This document shows positions 28,070 through 38,030 of a DNA stretch of 64,000 nt, in pieces. The translations under genes and the position numbers were made by a program. Source of the stretch: a candidate division FCPU426 bacterium (GTDB lineage: Bacteria > Oederibacteriota > Muellerivitia > Muellerivitales > Muellerivitaceae); contig CAVTWJ010000009.1 in the NCBI GenBank assembly GCA_963738405.1, forward strand, positions 32,001-96,000. Reading direction: 5' to 3'. The notes below the pieces were generated by a model. It saw only the letters and a list, made by a program, of their open reading frames with translations, did not search any database and had not been told where the DNA came from. Position 1 is the stretch's first letter. The number at the start of each line of letters is the position of its first letter.

Positions 28070-28600
28070 ATGATAAAGGCATACATTTGGGGATGCGTCA
28101 CGGTTCTTTTGGTGTTATTGGGCGGGGGATACTGGTTTATCTCAACGGGCATGATGCCCGCCAATGCCGACAGCAAACCTCCCGCCCTGGAGCAATGGGC
28201 GGCTCACGCTTCTTTGCGGGCGTCCATACAAAGGGAAGCGCCCCAGGGGCCCAATCCCATGGCTTTGACCAACCCCAATTTAATCGAGGGTATTCATCTT
28301 TACGCGCAAAACTGCGCGGTTTGCCACGGCGCTTCCGACGCGAAACCTTCCAACATCGCGGTGGGGCTGTACCAGCACGCGCCCCAATTAGCGGATGACG
28401 GGGTAGAGGATGACCCGGAGGGAAAGATATTTTGGAAAATCAAACACGGCATCCGGCTCACCGGCATGCCGGGGTTCAGCGGCACACTCAGCGACGATAA
28501 AATTTGGAAAATCACCCTTTTCTTAAAGCACATGGATAACCTGACGCCGGGCGCGAAGCTTGAATGGCAAAAGGTTCCCAGCCAAGGGCCGCTTACTTAA
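28070..28600 (+). CDS. Membrane-anchored monoheme cytochrome c
   Basis: N-terminal TM helix, CAVCH heme motif, TGMPGF axial Met. Confidence 0.9.
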   Translation: MIKAYIWGCVTVLLVLLGGGYWFISTGMMPANADSKPPALEQWAAHASLRASIQREAPQGPNPMALTNPNLIEGIHLYAQNCAVCHGASDAKPSNIAVGLYQHAPQLADDGVEDDPEGKIFWKIKHGIRLTGMPGFSGTLSDDKIWKITLFLKHMDNLTPGAKLEWQKVPSQGPLT

Positions 28601-28604
28601 AGCG

Positions 28605-29420
28605 TCAGCCGAACTCCACGCAGCGCATGGAAAGGGTTCCATAGTCAAAACCCTCATAAGGGTAGCGAATCTTTGGCGTTCCCTGGGCTTCGGCGGCTGC
28701 GGCCGCGGCGACCAAAGGGATATAGTGGTCATCCGTGGGATGGGAAAGGGCGCCTCCCGGCGCCTCCCGGTATCGGGTTAGCTGTTCCAAATCAAACTGA
28801 TTCAAAGCTTTTACCGCCCAAGCGTCAAAATCCGCCGCCCAGGCCTCGGGCTTCGCTTCCCGGTCGGCGAAGTTGACTTGGCGGAGGTTGTGGGTCACGT
28901 TTCCGCTTCCGAGGATGAAAATGCCCTCGTCCCTCAAGGGCGCCAGCGCCCGCCCTAAGGCCAGATGTTCCGATAGGGGAACCCGAGTAGGCAGGGAAAC
29001 CTGGAAGGCCGGGATATCCGCATTCGGAAACATTTTCATCAAAGGCACCCAAGCGCCGTGGTCCAATCCTCTTTGAGGGGCGGGCGAGGGCCTGAACCCC
29101 GCAGAACGTAAAAGCTCCAACGCCTTATTTATTTCCTCGACGGCCGCCGGGGGAGCGTATTGGACGCGATAGAGCTCATCGGGGAATCCGTAGAAGTCAT
29201 AGAGAAGAGGTTGTGGGGTTAAGGGACCTACTTGGGGTTGAGGGGACAACCAGTGGGCCGAGAGCACCAGAATGGCCTTGGGTTTCGGGAAAGTTTGGGC
29301 CCAACGATGCCAAGCCTGGGTGATGGCATTGTTTTCCAAACCCAGGGTCGGGGCCCCGTGGCCCACGAATCCTACCGGCATTCGGCGATTTTTTGAGGTT
29401 GTTTCAGCTGGTACAGCCAT
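28605..29420 (-). CDS. Class III extradiol dioxygenase (DODA/YgiD/LigB type)
   Basis: HGAP, SAHW, YDFYGFP, RGLDHGAWVPL, GSGNVTHNL and HPTDDHYIPL motifs. Confidence 0.92.
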   Translation of the reverse strand: MAVPAETTSKNRRMPVGFVGHGAPTLGLENNAITQAWHRWAQTFPKPKAILVLSAHWLSPQPQVGPLTPQPLLYDFYGFPDELYRVQYAPPAAVEEINKALELLRSAGFRPSPAPQRGLDHGAWVPLMKMFPNADIPAFQVSLPTRVPLSEHLALGRALAPLRDEGIFILGSGNVTHNLRQVNFADREAKPEAWAADFDAWAVKALNQFDLEQLTRYREAPGGALSHPTDDHYIPLVAAAAAAEAQGTPKIRYPYEGFDYGTLSMRCVEFG

Positions 29421-29526
29421 GGTTTGTCCCTTCTCAACTTGAAAACCATTCAAGCTTTAAGATAGGACAAAGCCGGGAAAAACAAAGACCTTTGCAGTAA
29501 AGAAAAGACTTTGTCGCGAAGGGGCG

Positions 29527-30039
29527 TTATCTCAGGGTGAGGGGTTTGCGAAACAACTGAATTTCAACAAAAGTCACATCCACCAGAACCTTGCAGACGG
29601 CGTCCGGTTCCTGATTTTGAAATTCTTTGGGTATTCCAGGCTGGATTTCGGGAGCTTCAATCAAGGCCGTTCCCAGGCAAAGGCGGGCCATCCTTTGGGT
29701 GAATTCCACGGCCAGCCGGTCAAAGAGGGCTCCGCCGACACGGGATAGGGGGCTGGCATTTTCCTGGAGAAAGTTTTCAAGCCTGGGTGAGGTCCGAACC
29801 ACGCAGACCAGGCCCTTTTCGCCGCCTACCCGCAGGGTGCGGGCCAGGTTCATGTCGGACGATTGAATGCGGAAGGTATTGAGCCAATGGATGGGAATCT
29901 CGCCGATGTTTTTGAGGGACTGAGCAAACTGGATGAAACATTCCTCCGGCTTGGGGGTCCAGGGAAAGGGCAGCGGCGGAGGGCTTTTCTTGGATTTGGT
30001 ACGAACGTCGTGGCGCGTTTTCGGCAGAGTCGAATTCAT
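29527..30039 (-). CDS. Hypothetical protein (possibly CheX-like fold)
   Basis: 170-aa ORF filling the gap; only a vague alpha/beta resemblance to CheX. Confidence 0.5.
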   Translation of the reverse strand: MNSTLPKTRHDVRTKSKKSPPPLPFPWTPKPEECFIQFAQSLKNIGEIPIHWLNTFRIQSSDMNLARTLRVGGEKGLVCVVRTSPRLENFLQENASPLSRVGGALFDRLAVEFTQRMARLCLGTALIEAPEIQPGIPKEFQNQEPDAVCKVLVDVTFVEIQLFRKPLTLR

Positions 30040-30244
30040 TGGGGTCCCCGTTTCTCAATTTAAAATGTCCCTTCATGACAAAGCAAAGGACATGCCAAGA
30101 GTTCTTTTTGGGAAAAGGACTAAAAAGGCCGGTTTGCGGCCTAAGGGTCATGATGAGAAAGGTTTGAGATGGGTAAAAGAAATCCAGGCCCTCTCACAAT
30201 GGGTAATGACGGTTGTTCTGGATTTTGGGGAAAGCGAACCTAGA

Positions 30245-30664
30245 ATGCTGAGAATGCTCAAGCGAACTTTAAAATATCTGATGGTTTTGGCGGGCCTCTG
30301 CGCCGGATGGGGAGTTCCCTTCCTTTGGGCCGAAGATGGGCTTACCCCTATCGCGACCAATGTCTGGTCCGCTCCCTCCAGACGGCTCACCACAAACGGC
30401 TTAAGTCCGCTCCGCAAAAGCTGGAAGAAAAATCCGCCCATCCCCGTGAAGACGCCCGGCTTTATTCCACTTCATCCGCCGGGAAACGGAAATGGGCAAG
30501 TGAACGCTCCCACTCGGGGGAATTTCTCGGCCCCCCGAAACCTCCCCAACGGCGCTTCCGGCCGTCCGGTTGTCGGAAGCCAGTTGATCCGCGGAGTTCC
30601 CTCCACCGTCCTGGGGCCCGGAAGCCCCCCTTTGAACAGCCTCTACCGGGATCCGATCCCTTAA
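30245..30664 (+). CDS. Hypothetical secreted Pro/Gly/Asn-rich protein
   Basis: Signal-peptide-like start (MLKRTLKYLMVLAGLCAGWGVPFLWA); overlaps the tail of the convergent ORF. Confidence 0.45.
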   Translation: MLRMLKRTLKYLMVLAGLCAGWGVPFLWAEDGLTPIATNVWSAPSRRLTTNGLSPLRKSWKKNPPIPVKTPGFIPLHPPGNGNGQVNAPTRGNFSAPRNLPNGASGRPVVGSQLIRGVPSTVLGPGSPPLNSLYRDPIP

Positions 30665-31408
30665 GGCCTCCCATCCGGCGAAGAAAAGCTCCATGGCTTT
30701 GGAGGTTTCATCGGCGAATTTTTGAAGCGCCTCAGGCGGGATGGCGATGTTCTCCTCGTAAATCATTACCCAGTCGCCCCTGCCTTGAAGGCGCCAATTG
30801 GGGTGTTCGAGCAGGTACTCCTGGAATTCCTTCGAGAAAACATTTTCATATTTCTGGGCGTTGTGGGTTTCTCCCCACAGATGATGCCGGGGTCTTTTAA
30901 AATCCCCCAATCCCTTCATTTCGATCCGGCCCATCGCCGGTCCGGCCACGATATCCCGGATGTCCAATTCCAAGAGCCGGTGAAATTTATCAAAGAGCCT
31001 CAAGGGCACCAGCTCGAAATAAGGAAGGCCCGCCCCGCGTTTTTGGAAGAGGGCCAGGGTTTCCATGGAGCCGTCCCTTTCCTGGGAAGGGGTTTCCAGG
31101 TAAAAAAGGATCCAGCCGTTTTTTTCTCCCCGCAGGATGTTTTGGGTGGCCGGCTCCAAACCCAGCCGGCCGCGGGTCAATCCCGCCTGCCGGGGCCTTA
31201 AGGGATAGGGGAGGTCGTAACCGGCGTTAGCGAGGTCGGAGGAAAAAACAAAATATCCGAATCCCATTTGATGGGCTTGGAAACGGAAAGCCTCCCTTTT
31301 GCGGAGAACCTTGCGGATATAACGGAAGGCGCTGAGGCCGAAGTAGAGGACAAAGCCGATGACGAACCAAACAAGGATGGAAGGATTCAAGAAAGGCGAA
31401 TCACTCAT
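30401..31408 (-). CDS. Hypothetical membrane-anchored protein
   Basis: N-terminal TM helix and globular body; the last roughly 85 codons look like low-information read-through over the opposite ORF. Confidence 0.65.
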   Translation of the reverse strand: MSDSPFLNPSILVWFVIGFVLYFGLSAFRYIRKVLRKREAFRFQAHQMGFGYFVFSSDLANAGYDLPYPLRPRQAGLTRGRLGLEPATQNILRGEKNGWILFYLETPSQERDGSMETLALFQKRGAGLPYFELVPLRLFDKFHRLLELDIRDIVAGPAMGRIEMKGLGDFKRPRHHLWGETHNAQKYENVFSKEFQEYLLEHPNWRLQGRGDWVMIYEENIAIPPEALQKFADETSKAMELFFAGWEALRDRIPVEAVQRGASGPQDGGGNSADQLASDNRTAGSAVGEVSGGREIPPSGSVHLPISVSRRMKWNKAGRLHGDGRIFLPAFAERT

Positions 31409-31528
31409 GGAACTAGTATGGTCCCATTTTGGAAAAAAATTTAATTTTCATGCGGATAGAAGAGGAAATTAACTCCGCCGTAACAGCTGCAGTTAGGAAA
31501 AAGATTTTCTTGGATCGTTTTTTTGTTT

Positions 31529-32059
31529 TTATTGCCCGTTTATTGTCGGCGGTTGGAGGGGGCGGCGCCATTCGGCCAAATCCTCAGGGAGGGGTGGGGA
31601 AGCCTGTTGAAAACCCACGACGGAAAAAAGCTCCTCCGTTGAGACCTTTCCCTTCGGTCCCAAAAACAAACCCTGAACATAGGCCCGCGCGCAGAGCTTT
31701 CCTTCCGACTCGAATTCCTGGCGCAGGTAAAGCCACTTCTCATCCCAGGCGATGAGCTGGGTTTTAAGCAGGTAGGACCGGAAGGGCCGTAGTGGGCGGA
31801 AATAGCTGATCCGGGCCGCGCCCAGCACGGGAAACCAATGGTTTTTCAGGATGGAGCGGAGAAACCCCGCCCGCACCACCAGGTCAAAACGGCCCAGGTC
31901 CATCAGGGTCAGGTACCGGCCATTATTCATGTGCAGGTTATTGTCCAGGTCCGTCGGCCAGACCCGGCCGGCCAGGAGGGAAGTTTCGTTCAACCTCAAT
32001 TTTCCGGGTTTTAAGAGAAGAATTAAAATGAGTTTTAAAAGTCTGAAATAGAGGTTCAT
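31529..32059 (-). CDS. Hot-dog-fold thioesterase family protein
   Basis: RVWPTDLDNNLHMNNGRYLTLMDLGR motif. Confidence 0.9.
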   Translation of the reverse strand: MNLYFRLLKLILILLLKPGKLRLNETSLLAGRVWPTDLDNNLHMNNGRYLTLMDLGRFDLVVRAGFLRSILKNHWFPVLGAARISYFRPLRPFRSYLLKTQLIAWDEKWLYLRQEFESEGKLCARAYVQGLFLGPKGKVSTEELFSVVGFQQASPPLPEDLAEWRRPLQPPTINGQ

Positions 32060-32820
32060 GGATTCGACTTAACCGTGGTCGGTATGGGGAAATCGACCGG
32101 CTGGGAAGAGGGCTTGAATTGACCGGCCCTTTTTTGCGCCTCGTGAATTTGATCGCCCGTCATGCGTTTTTCCAGCCACTCCAAATCATCATGCAGATCG
32201 TTGGTTTTTTCCTCATCCAGGTCCGCCTGTTTCAGTGCGATTGAGAACCATTTGTAGGATTCTACAAAATCCTTAGGGTTTCCCTCGCCCATGGAATACA
32301 TCTGCCCCAGATTAACCTGGGCATCCTCATCCCCCTGGTTGGCGGCTTTTTGAAACCAGGAAAGGGCAAGGGTTAGATCCTTGGCTCTGCCCTCCCCGCG
32401 CGCGGCCATCAAAGCGAGGTTCATTTGGGCCGAAGCCAAACCCTGCGTCGCCGACTTGTTGAACCAATAGAGGGCTTTGGCGTCATCCCTTTTCACGCCC
32501 AGGCCCGAATGGTAGAGAAAACCCAGGTTGTTCTGCCCGCCCGGATCACCTTTGCGGGCGGACCGCTCAAACCAAATTTTCGCTTGGGTGTAATCCTTCA
32601 GAATCCCGTAGCCGTTTTCATACATCAGCCCCAAGGCGCATTGGCCCGCCGGGTCGTCCTTTTGGGCGCTTCGGCGGAAATAACTCAGGGCGGCGGTGAA
32701 ATCCCTGGCCCGTAAGGCCTCTTGGCCTAACCGGAGGGAATCCTCAGCCCAAAGGGGATTGCGAACCGCCGTGAAAAACAAAATCGCGGGCAATATTAGA
32801 AGAATTGTTGTTCTGTTCAT
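32056..32820 (-). CDS. Secreted Sel1-like repeat protein
   Basis: Signal peptide; repeated LGxMYxxGxG...AxxWF units. Confidence 0.92.
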   Translation of the reverse strand: MNRTTILLILPAILFFTAVRNPLWAEDSLRLGQEALRARDFTAALSYFRRSAQKDDPAGQCALGLMYENGYGILKDYTQAKIWFERSARKGDPGGQNNLGFLYHSGLGVKRDDAKALYWFNKSATQGLASAQMNLALMAARGEGRAKDLTLALSWFQKAANQGDEDAQVNLGQMYSMGEGNPKDFVESYKWFSIALKQADLDEEKTNDLHDDLEWLEKRMTGDQIHEAQKRAGQFKPSSQPVDFPIPTTVKSNP

Positions 32821-32889
32821 TTAGAGGGGAAGCATAAGGAGAGCAAGGGCGAAGGGCAAGGGAAACCGGGAACGGGGAGGCGGAAGCGG

Positions 32890-33252
32890 TCAGACCTTAG
32901 AAGTAAATTCCCCGGTGATGGCTTCCTTACGGTCGGGGAAGGTTTCCAGGTTTTGACTCAATTCCATAAACTCAAAGCCATCCTGGACTTCAGGCTTGAG
33001 GCCGAACAATACCATTTTCCCTCCCGCGTTTTTCAACCGGTGCTGAAATTCCAAGATCTGGCTCCAAGCCCCGGTGCTCACATACTGCACCTCCGTCAAA
33101 TCGAGCATCAGCCTGACCATGGAAGAAGGGGCGGATTGAAATGCATCAGCTAACTTTGTGAGGGTTCCAGCGTAAAGGAAACCTTTCAGTTCAAGGCAGA
33201 AAGTGTTCGTGAGTCGGGGAACGGCTTTTATTTCATACGTGAGCGAATCCAA
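32890..33252 (-). CDS. STAS-domain anti-sigma factor antagonist
   Basis: LMLDLTEVQYVSTGAW and GGKMVLFGLKPEV motifs. Confidence 0.85.
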   Translation of the reverse strand: MDSLTYEIKAVPRLTNTFCLELKGFLYAGTLTKLADAFQSAPSSMVRLMLDLTEVQYVSTGAWSQILEFQHRLKNAGGKMVLFGLKPEVQDGFEFMELSQNLETFPDRKEAITGEFTSKV

Positions 33253-33429
33253 ATGAAAACTCCAACTCTTTAATACTTATTGGAGTTCACTATAGAAACA
33301 CTTTTGGCGATCTCTCTAGTGGAAAAGGACTTTAAAAGGGAAATCGATTGAGCGGTTCCCGGGCTCGAAACGGTCTCCGAGGCGGATTAACACTTTCCGG
33401 GATCGGATGAAGAAAAAAGATCGAAGGTC

Positions 33430-33903
33430 TTATAACACCAAACGCATCAAAACCATGCAAAGCAGGATGACCAACAAAGCCACCAAGGGAACAAGACTCA
33501 TGGCATTCACCGTTTTTTCGGCGTTAGGGGCGAATTTGTTTCCGTCCCAGACTTTTTTGAGCAGGGTCGGGCCAATCCGGGGAGCGAAGATCAATAGGAT
33601 CAAGGTGGCCGTCATGGCGATGGAGAAGGCGATCCCGTAGGGGGTGCCCATATCCTTGGCAGTGTGGATGGGCCCGAAGAGGGTTCCCCGGAGGATGCCC
33701 AGAAGAAAAGTCATTCCGCCTGAGGAAGCCATGAGGATACTGGTTTTCTTCAAAATACCCTCGTAGAAGGCCTTGGCCTCGGCTGAGGGCCTAGACAAGA
33801 TGCCGGGCCAAAGCACGAAATGCATATAGACCGCGCTTCCGATCAAAATCGAACCGAACATCACGTGCAGGTATTGAACGACGATCAAGCCGATATTGGA
33901 CAT
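33430..33903 (-). CDS. Four-TM membrane protein (DUF2269/CopD-like)
   Basis: Four hydrophobic helices, YLHV in TM1, RBS ggggag. Confidence 0.7.
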   Translation of the reverse strand: MSNIGLIVVQYLHVMFGSILIGSAVYMHFVLWPGILSRPSAEAKAFYEGILKKTSILMASSGGMTFLLGILRGTLFGPIHTAKDMGTPYGIAFSIAMTATLILLIFAPRIGPTLLKKVWDGNKFAPNAEKTVNAMSLVPLVALLVILLCMVLMRLVL

Positions 33904-33982
33904 GGGACTCCCCTTTAATGTTTCGTGGCGGCGTTATTTTATGGGGTCCCCGGAGAATATCAACAGTGAATGGCGAAATGCC

Positions 33983-34576
33983 TTAGTGCTTCCCCTTGCC
34001 CCAAACCGAGTCCAGGTACTCGTCCCGGCCTGAGTTGGAGTGGTAAAGGTTGTAATGGAGCGGGTTCTTTTTGTAGAAGTCTTGGTGGTAGTCTTCGGCC
34101 GGATAAAAGTTTATGAACTTTTTGACCGGCACCACGATGGGCTGGGGGTACCGGCCCGATTTGTCCAGGTCCGCCTTTGATTTTTCCGCCAGCTTTTTCT
34201 GCTCCTCGCTGAGGTAAAAAACCGCGGCGCGGTACTGGGGGCCCCGGTCCACGAACTGGCCGTTCGGGTCGGTTGGGTTGATCTGTTTCCAGAAAACATC
34301 CACCAGCTGGGCGTAGGTGATCTTGGAGGGGTCGTAAGTGATGGAAACACCCTCGGTGAAACCCTTCTCAGCGTAGTCGTCGTAGGTGGGGTTTTCGCCG
34401 GTCCCGTCGGCATAACCCGCGGTCACCTTCAAGACGCCCTTGAGCTGTTCAAAGGGCGGGGTCATACACCAGAAACAGCCCCCGGCGAAGACGGCGGATT
34501 GGGTTTGCGGCTGGGCGAAGGCAAGGGCGGCCGCTAGCATTCCCCCAGACAGGAATAAAAGAATCGATTTTTTCAT
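33983..34576 (-). CDS. msrA: Peptide-methionine (S)-S-oxide reductase, exported
   Basis: FAGGCFWC, GQFVDRGPQYR and FYPAEDYHQDFY motifs; signal peptide from ATG 34576. Confidence 0.93.
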   Translation of the reverse strand: MKKSILLFLSGGMLAAALAFAQPQTQSAVFAGGCFWCMTPPFEQLKGVLKVTAGYADGTGENPTYDDYAEKGFTEGVSITYDPSKITYAQLVDVFWKQINPTDPNGQFVDRGPQYRAAVFYLSEEQKKLAEKSKADLDKSGRYPQPIVVPVKKFINFYPAEDYHQDFYKKNPLHYNLYHSNSGRDEYLDSVWGKGKH

Positions 34577-34644
34577 GGTCTGCCTTTCGAGAGTTCTTGC
34601 TAAGAAATACGGCCCAAGGGGAAGGAAGTTACAAGAGGTGAAAC

Positions 34645-34679
34645 AAAAAAGGCCGCTCCCTATAAGGGAACGGCCTTTT
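34645..34679 (-). terminator. Intrinsic terminator of the TPR-barrel gene
   Basis: aaaaaaggccgctccc-tataa-gggaacggcctttt. Confidence 0.8.
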
Positions 34680-34691
34680 CGACACTTTATT

Positions 34692-35957
34692 TTAGAAGCT
34701 GTACCAATTGATGGAAGCGCCGATATCAAAACCAGTAAAATCAACCGTGGCGTAGGTTTCACCGTTCGTTCCGATATTGGCGGGGTTGTCGATATCCACG
34801 GTACCGTCCGAAAACTTGGCCAGGACCCAGGAGTTGCCGTCGGAGAGAGAACCCCGGAAATTAGAAATCTTGGCGTACCGCCCCCTGGCGAATAGTGAAA
34901 CGCCAAAGTTTGGCCCTACCGCGAAATCCCGCCCGATGCCGAACTGGAAACCCACGGTACCGGCAGTCAAATCCCCGCTGGGGTTATTGAAGTCGTTGAA
35001 GTAATTGGGATCGCCGTTGGAGAATTCATAATTCACCACACTGTAGTTTTCCGCCACACTGACCGTACCCGCATAATAGCCGACCCCGGCTGTAAGGAAA
35101 AAACGGCCTCCCGAGTCGGGAAGGAACAAGTAATAATCGAGAGTAATGGGTACCACATAGGGGGTCAGGGTGGTGGACCAGGAATCTTGGTTAAGATTTC
35201 CATTGTTGTCATATTCGGTTGCGGGCGCGGAATCAGAAGCATTGAAGGTGTAATCATTGGCCTGGATATAGCGCACGCCGATGGCGATTCCGTTGTTGGG
35301 ATTCAACAGGAATCCCAATTCCCCGCCGACGTTGAAACCTCCCGACTGCATGGAGGCGTTGCCATTGGTCATGCCAAAGAAATTCCCGGCGGCTACCTGG
35401 GCATTTTGGCTGTTGACGCTATTGGTCAAATCGCCCTGCTGGGAATAGGTATATCCAAAGTCAAAACGTGACCACATCTTGGCGTGATCCATGGGGGCCA
35501 AGCCATCGTTGTAATTAACCGGCGTGGGTTCAACGATGACCGGGCGTCTGCGCTTGATAACAATGGTTTCCTGCGCGGGTTGTTCTTGGTTATAAGAAGG
35601 CTGTTCGGGCTGGGTCTGCGCGGGGGCCGTATTGACGTTAGTGGAGCTCAGGTTGTCCACCATCACCTTCAGGGTTGGATTGTTGGGGTTAAGCTGAAGG
35701 CTCTTCTGGTAAGCCGCCACCGCGTCGGTTTGGTCGTTTTGCTTCATGTAGGCGTTGCCTAGGTCTTCAAAAGCCTGGGCATTGGCGGGGTCCGCTTGGG
35801 TGGCCTGCCGGAAATAACCCACGGCCTTATCGTAGAGGCCCTTTTGAAATACGGCCTGTCCCAAGGAATCGTATTCTTGGGATGTCATTTGTGCCCCGGC
35901 CAAGTAGGGGGTCAAAAAAAGAGAACAAAAGCTGAACAGCGTCAGGGTTTTCTTCAT
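34692..35957 (-). CDS. TPR-containing outer-membrane beta-barrel protein
   Basis: Signal peptide, two N-terminal TPRs, Q/P linker, barrel strands and C-terminal WYSF. Confidence 0.8.
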   Translation of the reverse strand: MKKTLTLFSFCSLFLTPYLAGAQMTSQEYDSLGQAVFQKGLYDKAVGYFRQATQADPANAQAFEDLGNAYMKQNDQTDAVAAYQKSLQLNPNNPTLKVMVDNLSSTNVNTAPAQTQPEQPSYNQEQPAQETIVIKRRRPVIVEPTPVNYNDGLAPMDHAKMWSRFDFGYTYSQQGDLTNSVNSQNAQVAAGNFFGMTNGNASMQSGGFNVGGELGFLLNPNNGIAIGVRYIQANDYTFNASDSAPATEYDNNGNLNQDSWSTTLTPYVVPITLDYYLFLPDSGGRFFLTAGVGYYAGTVSVAENYSVVNYEFSNGDPNYFNDFNNPSGDLTAGTVGFQFGIGRDFAVGPNFGVSLFARGRYAKISNFRGSLSDGNSWVLAKFSDGTVDIDNPANIGTNGETYATVDFTGFDIGASINWYSF

Positions 35958-36075
35958 GCGAGTCTCCTTAATGAATCTCTTAATTTGGACGTATGGACAG
36001 CTTCAAACGTTACGAGCGTGGATAGTATTTAAAAAAGGCACGGGAAAAGATGAGATATCCAGCATATCAAGGTTT

Positions 36076-38016
36076 CTAAAGAGCCGCCATGAGGCTCATA
36101 ACCCCGGGGCAGGAGGGGTTCAAGGCCAGAACCGATTGGTAGCAAAGCCGCGCCTTTGCCTTCTGGCCCAGTTTGGCGTAGGCCGAGGCCAGGTTGTAAT
36201 AGATCTCGTAATAGCGCCCGCCGGACAAAACCAGTGCGCGGAAGAAAAAGTCCTTGGCCGTTTGGTAATCCCCCATCTCATAGGCCAAGCTTCCCAGCCT
36301 CATGCAGGGCATGGGGTAGCGCTGGGGAAAAAGAAAACCATCCAGCCAGTCGGCCAAGGCGTTGCGGGGCATGGTTTTGATTTCATTTAAGGTTTTATCT
36401 TCGTCCAGGGATGTTATGCCCCAATCCTTCTCCAAATCCCTGGGGGTGACCGTGGGAAGGTTCGACGCTCCGCCGGGAGTCGCCCAAACGGCGGCTAGGT
36501 CATCCAGATAAACCATCCGCCATCCCGGCATCGCTAAAAGTTGTTTCGTCCAGGGGATATCGGCCATGTGGTCGTAAACCACCGCTTGAAAGTTATAGCT
36601 TTGGGCAAGGGCCGAAAGCCCGCCTTCGGCGTAACTTTGGTAATACTGTCTGAAAAGATTCTCGCCCATGACTTCCAACCGTCCGTCGATAAAAACCGGG
36701 GCCTGGGTTTCCCATTCCAAGAATCCCCCAAAGGCCATGTTGTTCAATAGGGGCGCCTGGAAGCCGCTGTTTTTTAGGAATTCACCGGCCCTTAAGGGAA
36801 GGTGCTCCTTGTCCATGCCCCAGCCGTTATGGACAATCCGGCGCTCCGAAACGTAATAGGCCCCTGTCGCCACCCTAAGACAGATAAAAAATATAAAGAC
36901 GGCAGCGCCCAACCCCAGCCACTTAGGCGGCGACCAAAGCTTCCATTGGTTTTCTTCTCCCGCGACTCGAAAGGTCAGCAGTTCCCTTACCGTCTTTGCC
37001 GCGAAAGGCAGGGCCGACAGGAAAAAAAGCGGAACATTGCGGATCGCCAGGGCCGAAAGGACGAAAAAGAAAACCGTCAGGGCATATTCGTGGAATTTTC
37101 GGCGGGGCAGGGTTCCCAGCACTAAGAGAAGAATAACAATGGAGAGGACGCGGTAGCTGTCCACGGGAAAGGCTGGAAAGAAGGGAGAATTGGCGACCGC
37201 CGAGGCCGTCCAGGGGGATTGGAGTTCGGACACCGTATTCTTGAAATAACTCGCGGGCGCCAAGCGGGTTAAAAGCAAAAAGGGAAAGGAAAGGGCCTTA
37301 AACCCATAGGGGTTCACCAGGGTGATAACGACGGAAGCAAGAAAGGTTTTGAGCAGGGAGGGGTTCAGCCGGTGGTTCTCAAAATAATCGGTCAGCAGGT
37401 AGGCGGCGATGACCGTCCAGCCCAGGGGGAAAAGGCCCTCCACATTTGCCCAGAGAAGATGAATCACGGGAATGAGAAACAAACCGCCCGTTTTTCCCTT
37501 GCGGTACAGATCCAAGCATAGAAAAACCGAAACCAAAAAGACCCAGGTGAGAATTTCGGGACGTGCTAAGAAACGGATTTCCATGGCCAGGGTGCAGGGA
37601 AGCAAAAAGAAAACCTGAAGCCAGCGGGGACAGCCGTCCAGGGAAAGTCGGATGGAGGTTAGGCCGCAGGCCAGAAGAATCAGGGCCATGTGGCATCCGG
37701 TTAAAAGGGAATAGCCCCCCAGCCGGTAAAGAAGAAGGGAAAAGACCTGGTAGAGCCATTGACTGTCCAGGTATTCATGGCCCGCGGCGGTATAAGTGAA
37801 AGAATCCTGTCGGGGCACGTCCAGGTGATCCAGAATCCACCTACCCGTGGCCAGGTGGAACCCCAGGTCGAAATCAAAGTTTTTCCGCGCGGCGAAAAGG
37901 AAGATCAGGGCGAAGCAAAGGGAAAGGGGCCAGACCCAGGGGTCGGCAAGAAAAAGCGAAAGTCTCTTATAGATCCGGCTGTAAAGGGGGCTGGGAGGGA
38001 CCGGGAGGGTATCCAC
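36076..38016 (-). CDS. Polytopic membrane protein, probable GT-C glycosyltransferase, with C-terminal TPR
   Basis: DFDLGFHLATGRWI, RPE, LWANVEG and FIDGRLE motifs; C-terminal TPRs. Confidence 0.75.
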   Translation of the reverse strand: MDTLPVPPSPLYSRIYKRLSLFLADPWVWPLSLCFALIFLFAARKNFDFDLGFHLATGRWILDHLDVPRQDSFTYTAAGHEYLDSQWLYQVFSLLLYRLGGYSLLTGCHMALILLACGLTSIRLSLDGCPRWLQVFFLLPCTLAMEIRFLARPEILTWVFLVSVFLCLDLYRKGKTGGLFLIPVIHLLWANVEGLFPLGWTVIAAYLLTDYFENHRLNPSLLKTFLASVVITLVNPYGFKALSFPFLLLTRLAPASYFKNTVSELQSPWTASAVANSPFFPAFPVDSYRVLSIVILLLVLGTLPRRKFHEYALTVFFFVLSALAIRNVPLFFLSALPFAAKTVRELLTFRVAGEENQWKLWSPPKWLGLGAAVFIFFICLRVATGAYYVSERRIVHNGWGMDKEHLPLRAGEFLKNSGFQAPLLNNMAFGGFLEWETQAPVFIDGRLEVMGENLFRQYYQSYAEGGLSALAQSYNFQAVVYDHMADIPWTKQLLAMPGWRMVYLDDLAAVWATPGGASNLPTVTPRDLEKDWGITSLDEDKTLNEIKTMPRNALADWLDGFLFPQRYPMPCMRLGSLAYEMGDYQTAKDFFFRALVLSGGRYYEIYYNLASAYAKLGQKAKARLCYQSVLALNPSCPGVMSLMAAL

Positions 38017-38030
38017 GGGAAAGGCGTACT

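Noticed and set aside
29527..30039. Chemotaxis phosphatase CheX call
   Set aside because: No ExxN catalytic motif and no che genes nearby; left as hypothetical.
33350..33405. GC-rich hairpin upstream of the STAS gene as a riboswitch
   Set aside because: Short pairings only (cccgg/ccggg, ctcg/cgag) and no recognisable aptamer consensus.
34577..34906. Long N-terminal extension of MsrA in the ORF track
   Set aside because: It overlaps the upstream barrel gene and its terminator; the signal peptide starts at ATG 34576.
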